Assembly: GCA_040954595.2 (NCBI GenBank)
Contig: CM082590.2
Span: 1,922,001-1,986,000 of the forward strand
Reading direction: 5' to 3'
Length of the DNA stretch: 64,000 nucleotides
From: Balanoglossus misakiensis
Taxonomy: Eukaryota > Animalia > Hemichordata
A program made the translations under genes and the position numbers. The notes under the pieces are model-generated. The model was not told the DNA's origin, ran no database searches, and saw only the letters and a program-made list of their open reading frames with translations. This document shows, piece after piece, positions 13,365 through 24,420 of the stretch (position 1 is the first letter of the stretch; each line of letters begins with the position of its first letter).

Positions 13365-16077
13365 TTAAACCCTTGACTCATTTAACAATTCTGAAAGGCA
13401 GTTTTTTGGTGGGTCCCTAAAACATGGGGGGCCACCAACTCTCTTCAACCGTAAGGTTGGTTGAACCTCAATCAATTTGTTGTCTAATTTTACAATAAGG
13501 TCATTAAGGGCCTGCGATCTAAAGGCAGGCGATCTGATGATTAGTCCATCTTGACCATCTTCTTCATCTGACATCATCAGATCGCCTGCTTTGACTACTT
13601 TTTCCCACAATAACTTGTCGCCTTCTTCCACCATTTTTCCACGACTCTGTAGAAGCTGTTAAAAGAACAAAAGAAAAGTATTTAGTTTGACGATCTTAAG
13701 CACTTATCTTTGACTATGCTGCCTATTTAAAGGGACAGAGTCACTCTCGCTGCACTTTTTCCATTAATTATGTTTGATACAAGACACTGTTTATGTTATT
13801 CTACATGTGGACATGTATTGAATGAGCATTCAACCACACACACCATCCATCATGCTTGTAAACAGGCTTGTAGGTCGAGTTTCAACTCTCCTATCCTACA
13901 AACAGAATAGAAGTTGTGTATGTCTAGTACTTCATCAGCAGCTGAAATGTTGTCAATGTATTTTACTGTTGTAGACAAAGATAGCATTCACCAATCAGCA
14001 TCTAACTTACCCTTCTCCTCCTTGATCTCAGTTTATTCTTCATGGCAGTGTTTGCTTTTCTTTCCTGATTCTTTTCCATGTTGTCAACAAATTTCCGTCT
14101 CTCCGTTTGCCATTTTCTATAAACTGCAACTGAATCAAAAAAAGGATTTCAGAGTAGTGTACAAGTGACTCACCATCATATAACAATATCAGAAAATTTA
14201 ATAATTATGTACAACTGGTCATTGGTGTGAGCATTTTGCCAATTCTTCAAAACTGGGTAGCCTTGAAGAAATTGTTTGAAATGCATAAGATGTTGATGGG
14301 CACACAAAACAGATGTTTTCTTAAATTTCTCTGTAATTTACTATACAATGCTGACCTACAAAATGGGTAAGTCATCGGATAACTGTATGCACCGTACAAG
14401 TTCAGTAAAAAGCTGCCTATAGTACATATAAAGACACTGCTTAGTGCTAGAATGATTTAAAACTTAACAGTCAAATCATATTAGGTTGTAAAGTGTTCAA
14501 ATAAATTTTAGATTTCTTACATTCCATCTCTTCCTCCTTGTATTCATCAGCATATTTTGCTTTTAACTGGTCAACCAGTCCTTTGAAGACAGTCTGGTTA
14601 TGGGCACTCCTTAGCCTGTATGAAGAGTAAATGAACACAAAAAAACATTTAATTAAGTTAAAACTGAAGTTTTTCTGTGGGGTTGAACTGAACATGCAAA
14701 CCACACAAAATATGCCATTGACAAATGAAATATTTCACCTTGAAAGATTCAATACATGGTATGACAATGGTCAGAACTCAAATGCAAATAATGCTTGAAT
14801 GTTACAATGAGCAAAAATGGTCAGGATCAACTTGGAAAATGAGATCATTGCCCACCTCTTGCTAGCAGTAGCATATTTGTTTGTTACGAAACTTACTGTT
14901 CCTACATGTATGTGTGAGTTCTGGGCAAGGTCAATTATTTTTACTTGTGATTTTCTTTTGCATACATTATCACATGATAATCAACAATAATCCCTATTGT
15001 ACACTGGGCAGGCTCCCCAATAAACTAACCCAAAGACTGGTGTGTTTACATTTTTTGTCCAAGTTAATTATCATGCAAAAATCATGGACGCATCAGAACA
15101 CCCCGTAAAAGACAAGAAAAAGGCGACATGGTCATGGTTATGCTATTTTACCAATCACAAACAACAGGCATTGCAACATCTCTTGTCTGACGGGGTATTT
15201 GACCACTTTAACGCACAGAGACAGAGTGGTTGACTTCCTGTTGTCGTCAACCATACATTGTTTACACATTGTTCGTGATAATCCCTAATGCCTCTACGCC
15301 GAAGTTCCGCGTCCTTTCTCTCTGGGGGCTATAACTTATAAATCTTCACACACTACACCAAAAAGATTACAGTGAGAAAAAAAGAGATATACTTACTCAT
15401 TGTCTACTTCAAAAGCATCTTCAAGGCCTGCATACAGCCGTTTTACCTGCCGCTGCAAGGTAAAACAATGGATATTTGGATTAACAACAAATATGTTTGG
15501 CGAGAAATATCATTGTACCTAGCCCCTATGCACAAACGACTGAACAAAAATCACATTATCATAATATGGCAATCCAACCATTTCCAAATAGCTAAAATGC
15601 AATCGAGCAGAGTGTAAAACGAAACACATGAGGGGCGCGGATATAGACCAAGGCGCGTTTACATTGACTTACAAATATCATGGGATCCACCTTCTTTGTA
15701 CTGCTGCCGCCGCCGCCGCCGTTCTGTTGTTTTTCTCTGAGGGCTTTGACCTCGGTCTCCAGACTGTCCAGTTTCTGTAACAGTTCCTCTCTCGTGTCGT
15801 CTGTTGTCGACACGAACTTGTCGTGTACCCGGTTGACGGCATTCAGTAGCATCCGCATGCTACTAGTATTCGGGTTCTCTGATGATGAGCTGCTACTGCC
15901 AGGGGTGCTTGATGAGAGGCCTGCAGCTGATGAGGAGGTCGATCGTCTTTTCAAAAAAGGGGACGGGGACGGGGACGGGGACGACGTCGACGGTGAGGCT
16001 CGCGAGGAACCGAACGAGTCATCACCCAGAACTTCGGCCAAAACTTCAGGTTCAGCTCGTCTGTAGAATCTTGACAT
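13365..16077 (-). CDS. CACTA accessory ORF2, 5 exons, 321 aa; Ser-rich N-terminus, coiled coil, C14orf93/DUF4616-like C-terminal domain
   Basis: Exons 16077-15673, 15452-15397, 14615-14521, 14129-14011, 13655-13365; all GT-AG with matching phases (0,2,1,0) and no stops. Spliced C-terminus ...KKVDPMIFRQVKRLYAGLEDAFEVDNELRSAHNQTVFKGLVDQLKAKYADEYKEEEMEFAVYRKWQTERRKFVDNMEKNQERKANTAMKNKLRSRRRRLLQSRGKMVEEGDKLLWEKVVKAGDLMMSDEEDGQDGLIIRSPAFRSQALNDLIVKLD...RVGGPPCFRDPP. Family call from recalled C14orf93 motifs. Confidence 0.8.
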
Positions 16078-16474
16078 CGCGAAAACGTTTGAGAAATCTT
16101 GGAGGTATATATTGAAATGAACATGTACGCCGCATTCGAGAATGGGTATAAACTGAGTCCTGAAAACGTCCCCATTTTAAACTGCGCGCCCTGTTCACAC
16201 TTCATGCACTTGTAAAAGTCAAAGGTGAATGTTTCATCCTTCAAAATGATTGGACACATTTAAAAGTCAAAGGTTACGTCGGAAGAGACCATTAATGAAG
16301 GGGTGGGTAAATATGGCTGGCACGTTGCCTTACGTACAAATAGCAATAAAATACGTAGCTAAAATACCCCTTCATATGTGTAAAGATCCTACGGCCCCCA
16401 CAGTGCAGTCATTTACACAATACGCGTCTGTATTTCCACTATATTCTTCTGTGGTTGTAGAAAACCGTAGTACA
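16078..16474. promoter_or_regulatory. Putative bidirectional promoter between ORF2 and the transposase
   Basis: ~400 bp between two divergent predicted start codons (16077 minus, 16475 plus); TATA-like TATATA at ~16106 and TATAAA at ~16147. Inferred from position only. Confidence 0.45.
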
Positions 16475-19400
16475 ATGCCTTTGAGAAAGTACGCGACGAA
16501 AATTTGCCCTTACTGTAAGGCAAGCCTTTCAAAGTCTGGCTACTATGAACACAAAATCCGAAAGGGTGCCTGCGTCAAGTCGGATGATTTGACAGTATCT
16601 GAAAGAACCTCCACAGTTCCAGAGTTTGTCGTCTCCGGTGACGATAATGCAGAGCTTCCGGGTAGTGGTATGGTCGGCTGTGAAGTCAATGACGATGATG
16701 TCAGTTTCACCTCTTCAACGAGGGATCTCACGGAAAGTGACGCAGATTCAATTTCATCAAATGAACCGGAAAGTGAAGAATCTTCACAACGAGAGCAAAT
16801 GGTAAGTTTACAGTGTGACTGCAGTGTTTCACGCCCATCTCTCTGCTATTTGTCAATGAGTCATGTGTATGTGTAACGACCACTGTTTAACTATTATGCA
16901 TTCAAGACCGGACTTTTTCTGATATTATTTGAAATCCAGAGCAAACCCTGTAAATGCCAAAGGTAAAGGTGGGGGAAATTTCAGAGGTGAATTGCGATCC
17001 TCTCAGCTGCCACAGCAAATGTCAAATTTATTTTTACATAAGTCATAACTCATTTACATTCCATGAACCATGAAGTTCTCTTGTTTGGTTTTATTTCCAG
17101 TACTGTATTTTTATTCTGTGTTACCCAGTGTTCTCATTGTCAACATAGCCTATATCTGTGTAACAACCATTGTTTTTTGTTGACAAATGGGAAATGAAAT
17201 CTCGTCTGGACATGGATTCAATTTTGCAAATAACAATGCTTTACCGTACACATACATGTTTATGTATATGTCGAAGTTTGGTAGATAATTTTATGAAATT
17301 GAACACGAAACTGTACTATATATACACTTACAAAAATACTGAAACCATTATGTCTTGCAATATGATAAACTATTTACTTTATTCAAACTGTCTATTTAGA
17401 CCATCAACGTGCAACTGATGCATTGACATTTTAATTTAAGTCCTGCCTCTGTATCTCCAATTGCTTGCAACTCTAAGGTTTTTTTTTCACTTTTTTGTAG
17501 CAGACTAGTGAAATATGGAACGAGAATGAACTACATGAAGCAGCAGACTTTGAAAGTTCAGCTGGTGCATCAGCTGAGCAATCACAATTTAAAGGGCAGC
17601 TAAAGGGGTTTTTCCTGCTTCTCCTGCACTGGCAGTATGTAAACTATGTTTCTGATAAAGCCATGGCTGTCTTGTTTAAGATTCTTTTCAAACTACTGCT
17701 GCTGCTTGGGATCATATTGAAAAGTAAGAAATTAGAAGAATTTTCCAGCCAGTTTCCACATACTTTTCATGGCATCAGAACAGTGTTGGGACTGGAAATA
17801 GATAACTTCAAGAAGTTTGTGATGTGCCCAAAAGGTCATACCAGGTACGACTACAGTGAAGCATTTGAAGAGAATAGCAGAGGAAAGAAAAAGTCTAAGA
17901 CCTGCACGCATGTTGAATTTCCAAGTCATCCACACAGAAAACAGTGTAGACCATGTGGTGCATTCCTGATGAAGACTGTAAGGGGAAAGAACAGTGCTGA
18001 ATATTTGTATCCAAAACGACTGTACTGCTACAAAAGCATCAAAGCGTCACTTCAGGAACTTATCAAAAGGCCAGACTTTTTACAGAAATGCCAAGAATGG
18101 AAGCAAAGGGAAGTTCCTGATGGAATTTTATCCGATGTTTATGATGGGAGAGTGTGGAGAGAGTTCATGCTAAAAGACAGTAGTGATGAACATACTTTTG
18201 CAGCAATGTTGAATGTAGACTGGTTTAAGCCATACAAACATACAAATGACTCAGTGGGAGTCATATATCTGATTTTGCAGAATCTGCCACGTACTGAACG
18301 ATTTAAACCTGAAAACATTATATTGGTAGGAATCATACCTGGTCCTACAGAACCGAAACGGGACATAAATCCTTACTTGGATCCATTAGTGGATGAATTA
18401 CTTGAGATGTGGAATGGTGTTGAACTAAAGGATTCTTCCTTCTGTGGATTTAATATCTATAGCATGATGCCCCTATGCCTGTCTTGTGACATACCAGCTT
18501 GTCGGAAATGTGGAGGTTTTTTGGGACATTCAGCTGAAAAAGGTAGGGTGTCAGTCCTTACATTTTATTAAAGCTTAATTAGTTATAAATTTGCCATTTT
18601 TTCTGTACTTTATTTTTTCCTGTGTTTCAATTGCAATTCTTTCTGTTTAACGCAAAATATGGCTTTTGAGTACATGTATATTGTAATGATCACACCCCTT
18701 CATTGGAAGTATTTGGGGATGAAAATAATGTTTTACCAAATCAAACTGGTGTAACAGTAGAGATACAAAATTGTTAATTGCATTTCTTGTCTTTAAAGTC
18801 GATTAGGTATAGGAACCAATTTGTGAACTTCACTCTCTGAAGAGACCTTAATAACTTTGACTCAATTATTCTTTTTAGGTTGCAATAAGTGTTTGCGGAG
18901 TTTCCAGCGTGATGGTTTTGGGAGTAAAGCTGATTATTCTGGTTTCAATCCAGAAGACTGAGAGGAACGTACCAATGAAGAACATCAACTTTATGCAGGT
19001 ATTTATTGAATACCATAGTTTTTCCAATATTCAAACTGCTGAAATAGTTCAACCAACAATCATTTCCGGGAATGTATATTATTTTTTGAACTGCATTACT
19101 TCGTGCAATATGTAAAAAGATGCACATTTCCTCTACTGTCTCTCTTTACTGTGAAAAAGGGACATATTATAATCGTCGTAAAGTGACATCATGTAAATAT
19201 GACAAGCATCTACATGTACACCGGTTTACACATTGCTATATCAGTACGTGTATTTTTCTTTTTTCTAGGAATGGCCAAGCAAGCAAAGACAAAAGCAGAA
19301 CGTCAGCAAATTGAATCAAAGTATGGAGCAAGATATTCAAGTCTTTACCGTCTTCCATACTACAATGCTGTGCGCTTCAGTGTCATAGATCCAATGCATA

Positions 19401-20725
19401 CTCTCTTACTGGGTACTGCAAAACACGTCCTCAAGGTTTGGAAAGAATGCAAGGTTGTTAGTGATGAAGATATGGAAGAAATTCAGAGAAGAGTCAATGA
19501 GATGAAAACTCCCAGTGATGTTGGAAGGATTCCTAGCAAAATAACCTCTGGATTTTCTGGTTTTACAGCAGACCAGTGGAGAAACTGGACATGTATATAC
19601 TCTTTGTATGCTATCCAGGGTTTTGTAACTGGTGAACATCTTGACTGTTGGAAACAGTTTGTGTATGCATGCAAATTGTTGTGTAGTAGAAGTATTTCTG
19701 TAGAGAAGGTATCAACTGTCCACACATATTTAAGATTATTTTGTAAGAAATTTGAAAAGTTATATGGACCTGAGATGTGTACTCCAAATATGCATTTACA
19801 TTTACATCTGAAAGAATGCTTACTGGACTATGGTCCTGCATATTCTTTCTGGTTGTTCTCATGTGAACGATACAACGGTATCTTAGGTAATTTTCCTACC
19901 AATAATCGTGCTGTCGAAGTGCAATTAATGAGAAAATTCATGCAGGGTTTTCAAGTTTACTCTATGCAATGTAATAGCTCTGACAATTTCTTTCATGATA
20001 TCTGGTCCACCTTTCAGGAGAACTGTACAGGCTCATTAGCTATAAATGAAAGTGAAAATAACTGCTATGAAAGTCATAGGAGGAAAACTTCTCAAAGTTT
20101 TGAGGATGTAAATTTTTCAGAATCTGAGTCTCAGATTGTCCTACCTCCTATTGTGCAATCGGCTCTTGACTCTGAAGATATAGAAATGTTGGATAACATG
20201 TATTCATATTTATATGCAAGTAAGCGTGTTAAAGTGATTGTTGCACTAACAGAACAATTCAGTAGAGTTTGGCAAGATGGCCAACTGTACAATGTAGCAT
20301 CGCCAAAGAACGAAGGCAGTGCATATGTGGTAGCATGCTGGTGTGACAAGGACCAGCAGTCAGGCCTCTTGACTATAGATCCAAAGTGTCAGACAGAGAG
20401 AGCTGGTATAATTAAAGAACTTTTTCGCAGTGAAGTAATTTTGCAAGCTAATGAAGGGAAGTTGAAAAAAATTTCCCATATAATAGCCAAAGTTGAGTGG
20501 TTGACAGATCACCCTTTCCATAATTATTTTGGTGGTGATGTAACTGTTTGGGGAACCACAACTGAATGCACAACAAGTGTACAGTTCATACCCTTAGAGA
20601 GAATTAGATGTAGGTGTGCAGTATCTGTTACCAAGGTGAAGTTTCAATATCAAAGTGGAAATAGGACAAGAATTTTAGAGGAAACTGTCACAATCACTGT
20701 CCCTTTGAAAAGTATGAGTATTTAA
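16475..20725 (+). CDS. CACTA/EnSpm transposase (Tnp2/Transposase_21 family), 4 exons, ~981 codons, with one in-frame TGA at 18959-18961
   Basis: Exons 16475-16801, 17501-18542, 18879-18998, 19269-20725 (GT-AG; phases 0,1,1 consistent). Motifs: N-terminal CPYC..H, DVYDGRVW, LNVDWFKPYKH, NLPRTERFKPENIILVGIIPGP, CDIPACRKCGGFLGH, GCNKC, IDPMHTLLLG, ADQWRNW, TPNMHLHLH, YGPAYSFWLFSCERYNG. Confidence 0.92.
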
Positions 20726-21021
20726 AGGCATGTAAGCTGCAACTTGAAACTCTATAAACAAAGCATAATTTCATTCACTTGAACTCTGGAAGTAAATGTA
20801 CTCTCAGAGACATAACATTTTCATTTTTCATTGCACTATTGCACTTGTTAAAAAATGGAGGAATTGCAGTACTGATATTTCTTTACTTTTTTGGCCATTT
20901 TGTCATAAGTGTTGATCTTGATATACTACATTAAGAAATTTCATTTAATAGACATATTTAAAAAGCATATCTGATTTTTTTTAAAGCTTAAATTTTCTTA
21001 TCCAGTTGTAGCTCATGTGCC
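20726..21021. mobile_element. Degenerate non-autonomous TTAA-targeting (Kolobok-like) element inside the CACTA
   Basis: TTAA|AGGCATGTAAGCTGCAACT ... AGTTGTAGCTCATGTGCC; internal sequence homologous to 43667-44951; the left TTAA overlaps the transposase stop codon. Confidence 0.65.
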
Positions 21022-21450
21022 AAGAAGGAAGGTGTTATGTATTGGTATTAACTGTTATGTATAATTTGTTGTGTACGAGGCTGAACACATGAGCATGCAC
21101 AGTTGGTAATAAAGAAGCAGCATCGCTGTCTAGTTTGAACACACATGTCCAATTCTGTGTTGTCTAATTTCTCTGGTATGAGCCCACAATAAAATAGCAA
21201 TATATTACAATATGTTTCTGTGGAAAATCCAAAAAAATTTCAACCACACTTATTAGTTCTTAAAAATTTAGCAAAATTGAAAATCACTCCCCAAAATCCT
21301 GGAGAAATTATTCAACTTCCTATAGCCCCTTCCATCACTGACTGCATCCTGAAACAATAATTCTGGAAAATCACTGAAATATTCCTGCTACATCCCTAAA
21401 TTTCAGTGAGTTTGAGCTGTGACCACCCATGTGTGTACATTATCATCTCT

Positions 21451-21636
21451 GACATCAAGTTTCTGCAACAACTCTTCTTATGCTTCGCATGGTGTTGAAA
21501 CAAACTTATCATACACATGGTTGACGGCGTTCAGTAACTTGCGCATACCAATTGAATAGTTTGCCAGGGGTGCTCCTTTGTGGCTTGTGTTTCTGCTTAA
21601 GGGGAACGTCGTCGATCTTGAAACGTCGTAAAACAT
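21451..21636 (-). pseudogene. Decayed paralogous fragment of ORF2 exon 1
   Basis: Minus-strand translation MRKLLNAVNHVYDKFVSTPCEA*EELLQKLDV versus ORF2 MRMLLNAVNRVHDKFVSTTDDTREELLQKLDS; TAA at 21480-21478. Confidence 0.8.
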
Positions 21637-23388
21637 AACAGGGTTTTGCGACGTTTTGCGGCATATAGGGGCCCTCTAGTGACCAAATGTGGGGAGTGTA
21701 GTATTGTATTACATGTGTGCCGTAAAACGGCTTCTACCTGTACAGCATAAGTTGGCCGTGAGATGCCAAACATAGCGCGTGTAGGTTTCCTTTTATGTAC
21801 AACAAAATTTTGAGCTTATCATTTTTACGCAAACTTGAGTACCTTATGTTTACCAAGTTCTATTCATTTGTTCGGAAATTATGGCATGTATTGAAGTATA
21901 TTGACTCATTCGTATAACCAAAGTTACATCGATACAACTACTAGTGCGAATATTTCCCTCAATTGGTATTCAAGTTCTTGATTGATCCCTATAATTTAAC
22001 AGTCTGGATATCGTGTGATCGCGCCAAAAGCAAAATGATCCATGATTCGCACAGCACTCAATAAAACACGTACGATTCGCGATGAGATATTCGGTCAACA
22101 GCAATACCCACCTTAAATTCAGTTCGTCAGTTTGATAATGGGCCGCGGCCGTAGCCTATATATATTAGGCCTATATCAGTTTAATTTAACGTAACTTGTA
22201 AATTTCTTGCTGCACTAGGAGGCCTATAGTTCAAAATGACAAATAATTCGGACTGGTTAAAGGACAGCTGTTAACCGCGACTAGGCTGGAAACATCAGAG
22301 AACTACCGGAATACGTAAACTGTCAAAAACCCCCCGCCTGCGCTGTTGTTCGCAATTACTTCCCCATCCATCTCTCCCCATCGCAATTGCATAGTGGCAG
22401 AGACAGGGATACGTTCGACTAATTATGATGTTTGCACTTTATGTCAATCGAACAGATGACATTGGAACTCTTGGAAAATGTTTTGTTAATTTTGTGCAAG
22501 AAATGGGGTTCAGAGCAAGTCGTTCGCTGTTGCTGTATCATGTGCTGCTCTAGGCCCTAATTCCTCGAAACTCGCGTTAAAGGCCGCCGCAGACGAGAGA
22601 AATAATAGCTGTCATTCGAGGAATTTTAATTTGCTCAGCAATATTTCCTTCCATGTACGGGCGACTTTTCCTTATCTTTTTACTTTTGCGCCGCGGATCA
22701 TATCGACATATATCAGTCAGCATGAACGTGTCTCGGTCAAGAGACTAGAACGTCGTTAGCTGCTGTCCATGCCAGAATCCATATCGGTGTCGCAGTTTGC
22801 AACATGATCATATCTGTGCCTAAGGTTATTTGCAACCAATTAATTTTGTGGCAATTCACTATCATATTTGTGACTGTCACAAATGGTATTTGGTAAAGTG
22901 AATTAAGAGGTGCCAGTCTAATTTCTTTATGTCTGACGTGACCAAAACCTGGGCTCTGTTTATACGGGACTGTTAATATTTATTACACATATAGCTACAC
23001 AACTTGCGTTTTCTTCAAGGAAGTAGTCCCCCCCCCCGTCCACCCAGTTCGCAACACGGTTAAAACCAGTGCCGTTGGCGGTAAACAAGTCGATCAGGCG
23101 GCCGCGGGGGCTCATGGCCGGTTGAACTGTAGAAACTTAGTGTCAAGACGGAATTTCAATGTTGAGATCTTATCTACGATAACTGAAGAAAATGTCATTT
23201 TCCTGTAGGTCTATGCTCTAGTAGTGCCTGTAAGTCTGTGTGTTCCTGGCATGGCGATACGTGTAACCACGGTGTAGTTGTAAGGAAACGGGGCCGTGTA
23301 CAAGGCAAGGAACACAAAGACCGTATAGCCCTGCGTACATTGAGTGTTCCCTGCGTTACACGGCCTCCACTAGCTCTGCGTGGCAGGG

Positions 23389-23486
23389 TAGCTCCGCGTA
23401 CAGGTCTGTGTGTTCCCGGCGTTACACGGCCTCCTCCGGTGGAGGCCATGTAACGCCGGGAACACACAGACCTGTACGCAGAGCTA
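23389..23486. repeat. 98-bp near-perfect palindrome (TAG..CTA ended MITE-like hairpin) among degenerate copies at 23225-23545
   Basis: TAGCTCCGCGTACAGGTCTGTGTGTTCCCGGCGTTACACGGCCTCC pairs with GGAGGCCATGTAACGCCGGGAACACACAGACCTGTACGCAGAGCTA (44/46); related copy at ~39918-39990. Confidence 0.8.
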
Positions 23487-24176
23487 GGCCTCCACGTGTA
23501 ATGTCCGGAACACAGGGCTAAAAGACCTACAGGTACGCATAGCTAGCTCCAAGTCCAATGTTGACAGAGCTACTTGACCCAGAGTAATCATATCATGATT
23601 GTGTAATATTGATACATGGCTGGTCGAGATGGCCCTATACGTCGATCTACACACATCTCTAATTTCATTAGTCAGCAGAGAGACGACATCGGCCTGCGTT
23701 TATGAGCTGTGATTGCCGATTTCTCCATCGTCCAAACCGCGCGCACGTCTCTGTTTAAGCGTGAGTCAAGTTTGGCAGTTTTCCTGCAGTTACCTCCGCA
23801 CATGGCCATGCCGCGCCCACGTACCAGCAAACACCACGAGGCGCTGGTCATTCATCGTATTGTTTAGAATTCAGGCAAGATGCTTCATGTGAAATGTCGG
23901 CTGTAGCCGACACTCTCGCCAAACTCGTCGTCGTAGTCTTACTCGTAGGGCTACTGCTCTGCTTACAATTACGGTACATGGCCACAAAAGTCGGAAGAGC
24001 CGAGGTAAAAAACAACGAGGGAAACCAAAGACGTTTGATAGAAAATAAATTAACGCCTACAACCACAAGTACTGATCAGTCTGTAGTCTTTTAAATAGGC
24101 TTACTTTGTCCACCAACAGTCTCCACACATTTGTTCATGAATATGGAGTGGCCCATTAAACTGCAAATTAGCATGA

Positions 24177-24402
24177 ATATACGTAGCTATACATGGGCGT
24201 ATACTATAAGCACACTAAAGGTAGAAAATGCATACAAATACATAGGTCTGCGGAACGTATATCTAAGAGAACGTGTGCATGATGTATACTTCACGTATTT
24301 GTACACATATCTATCAGATTGTATTTGTTACGTAAATGCACGTATATGCAACGTATATGTCAAATATACAAACTTAGTAGTTTTACGTATATTGTCGTAT
24401 AT
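24177..24402 (+). repeat. Right subterminal ACGTATAT motif cluster
   Basis: ACGTATAT at 24255, 24340, 24351, 24385; inverted copy at 24177; near matches at 24293, 24330, 24395. Confidence 0.75.
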
Positions 24403-24420
24403 CAAGCATTTTGCCCAGTG
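24397..24420 (-). repeat. Right terminal inverted repeat of the CACTA element
   Basis: GTATATCAAGCATTTTGCCCAGTG followed by TSD AGA. Confidence 0.93.

Larger units (their letters stand above)
12520..24420 (+). mobile_element. CACTA/EnSpm (CMC) DNA transposon, full length, 11.9 kb, inserted in the satellite
   Basis: Left end CACTGGGCAAAAAGGTTGATATAC; reverse complement of right end CACTGGGCAAAATGCTTGATATAC (22/24 identical). 3-bp TSD AGA (12517-12519 and 24421-24423); removing the element restores the monomer junction AATACC-AGA-GTTGTAA. Encodes a Tnp2-family transposase. Confidence 0.95.

Noticed and set aside
15680-16259. Overlapping ORFs 15680-16066(+), 15882-16115(+), 15951-16259(-)
   Set aside because: Shadow frames of the GC-rich, low-complexity ORF2 exon 1.
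16250-16474. N-terminal extension of the 208-aa ORF
   Set aside because: It begins at a TTG; the CPYC..H motif follows the ATG at 16475, which is the more plausible start. Upstream ATGs cannot be excluded without transcripts.
18959-18961. Selenocysteine or alternative genetic code (TGA=Trp) explanation of the in-frame TGA
   Set aside because: The many other Trp positions in the gene are read without stops under the standard code, the position is Trp-like rather than Cys-like, and no SECIS was recognised; a point mutation or sequencing error is simpler.
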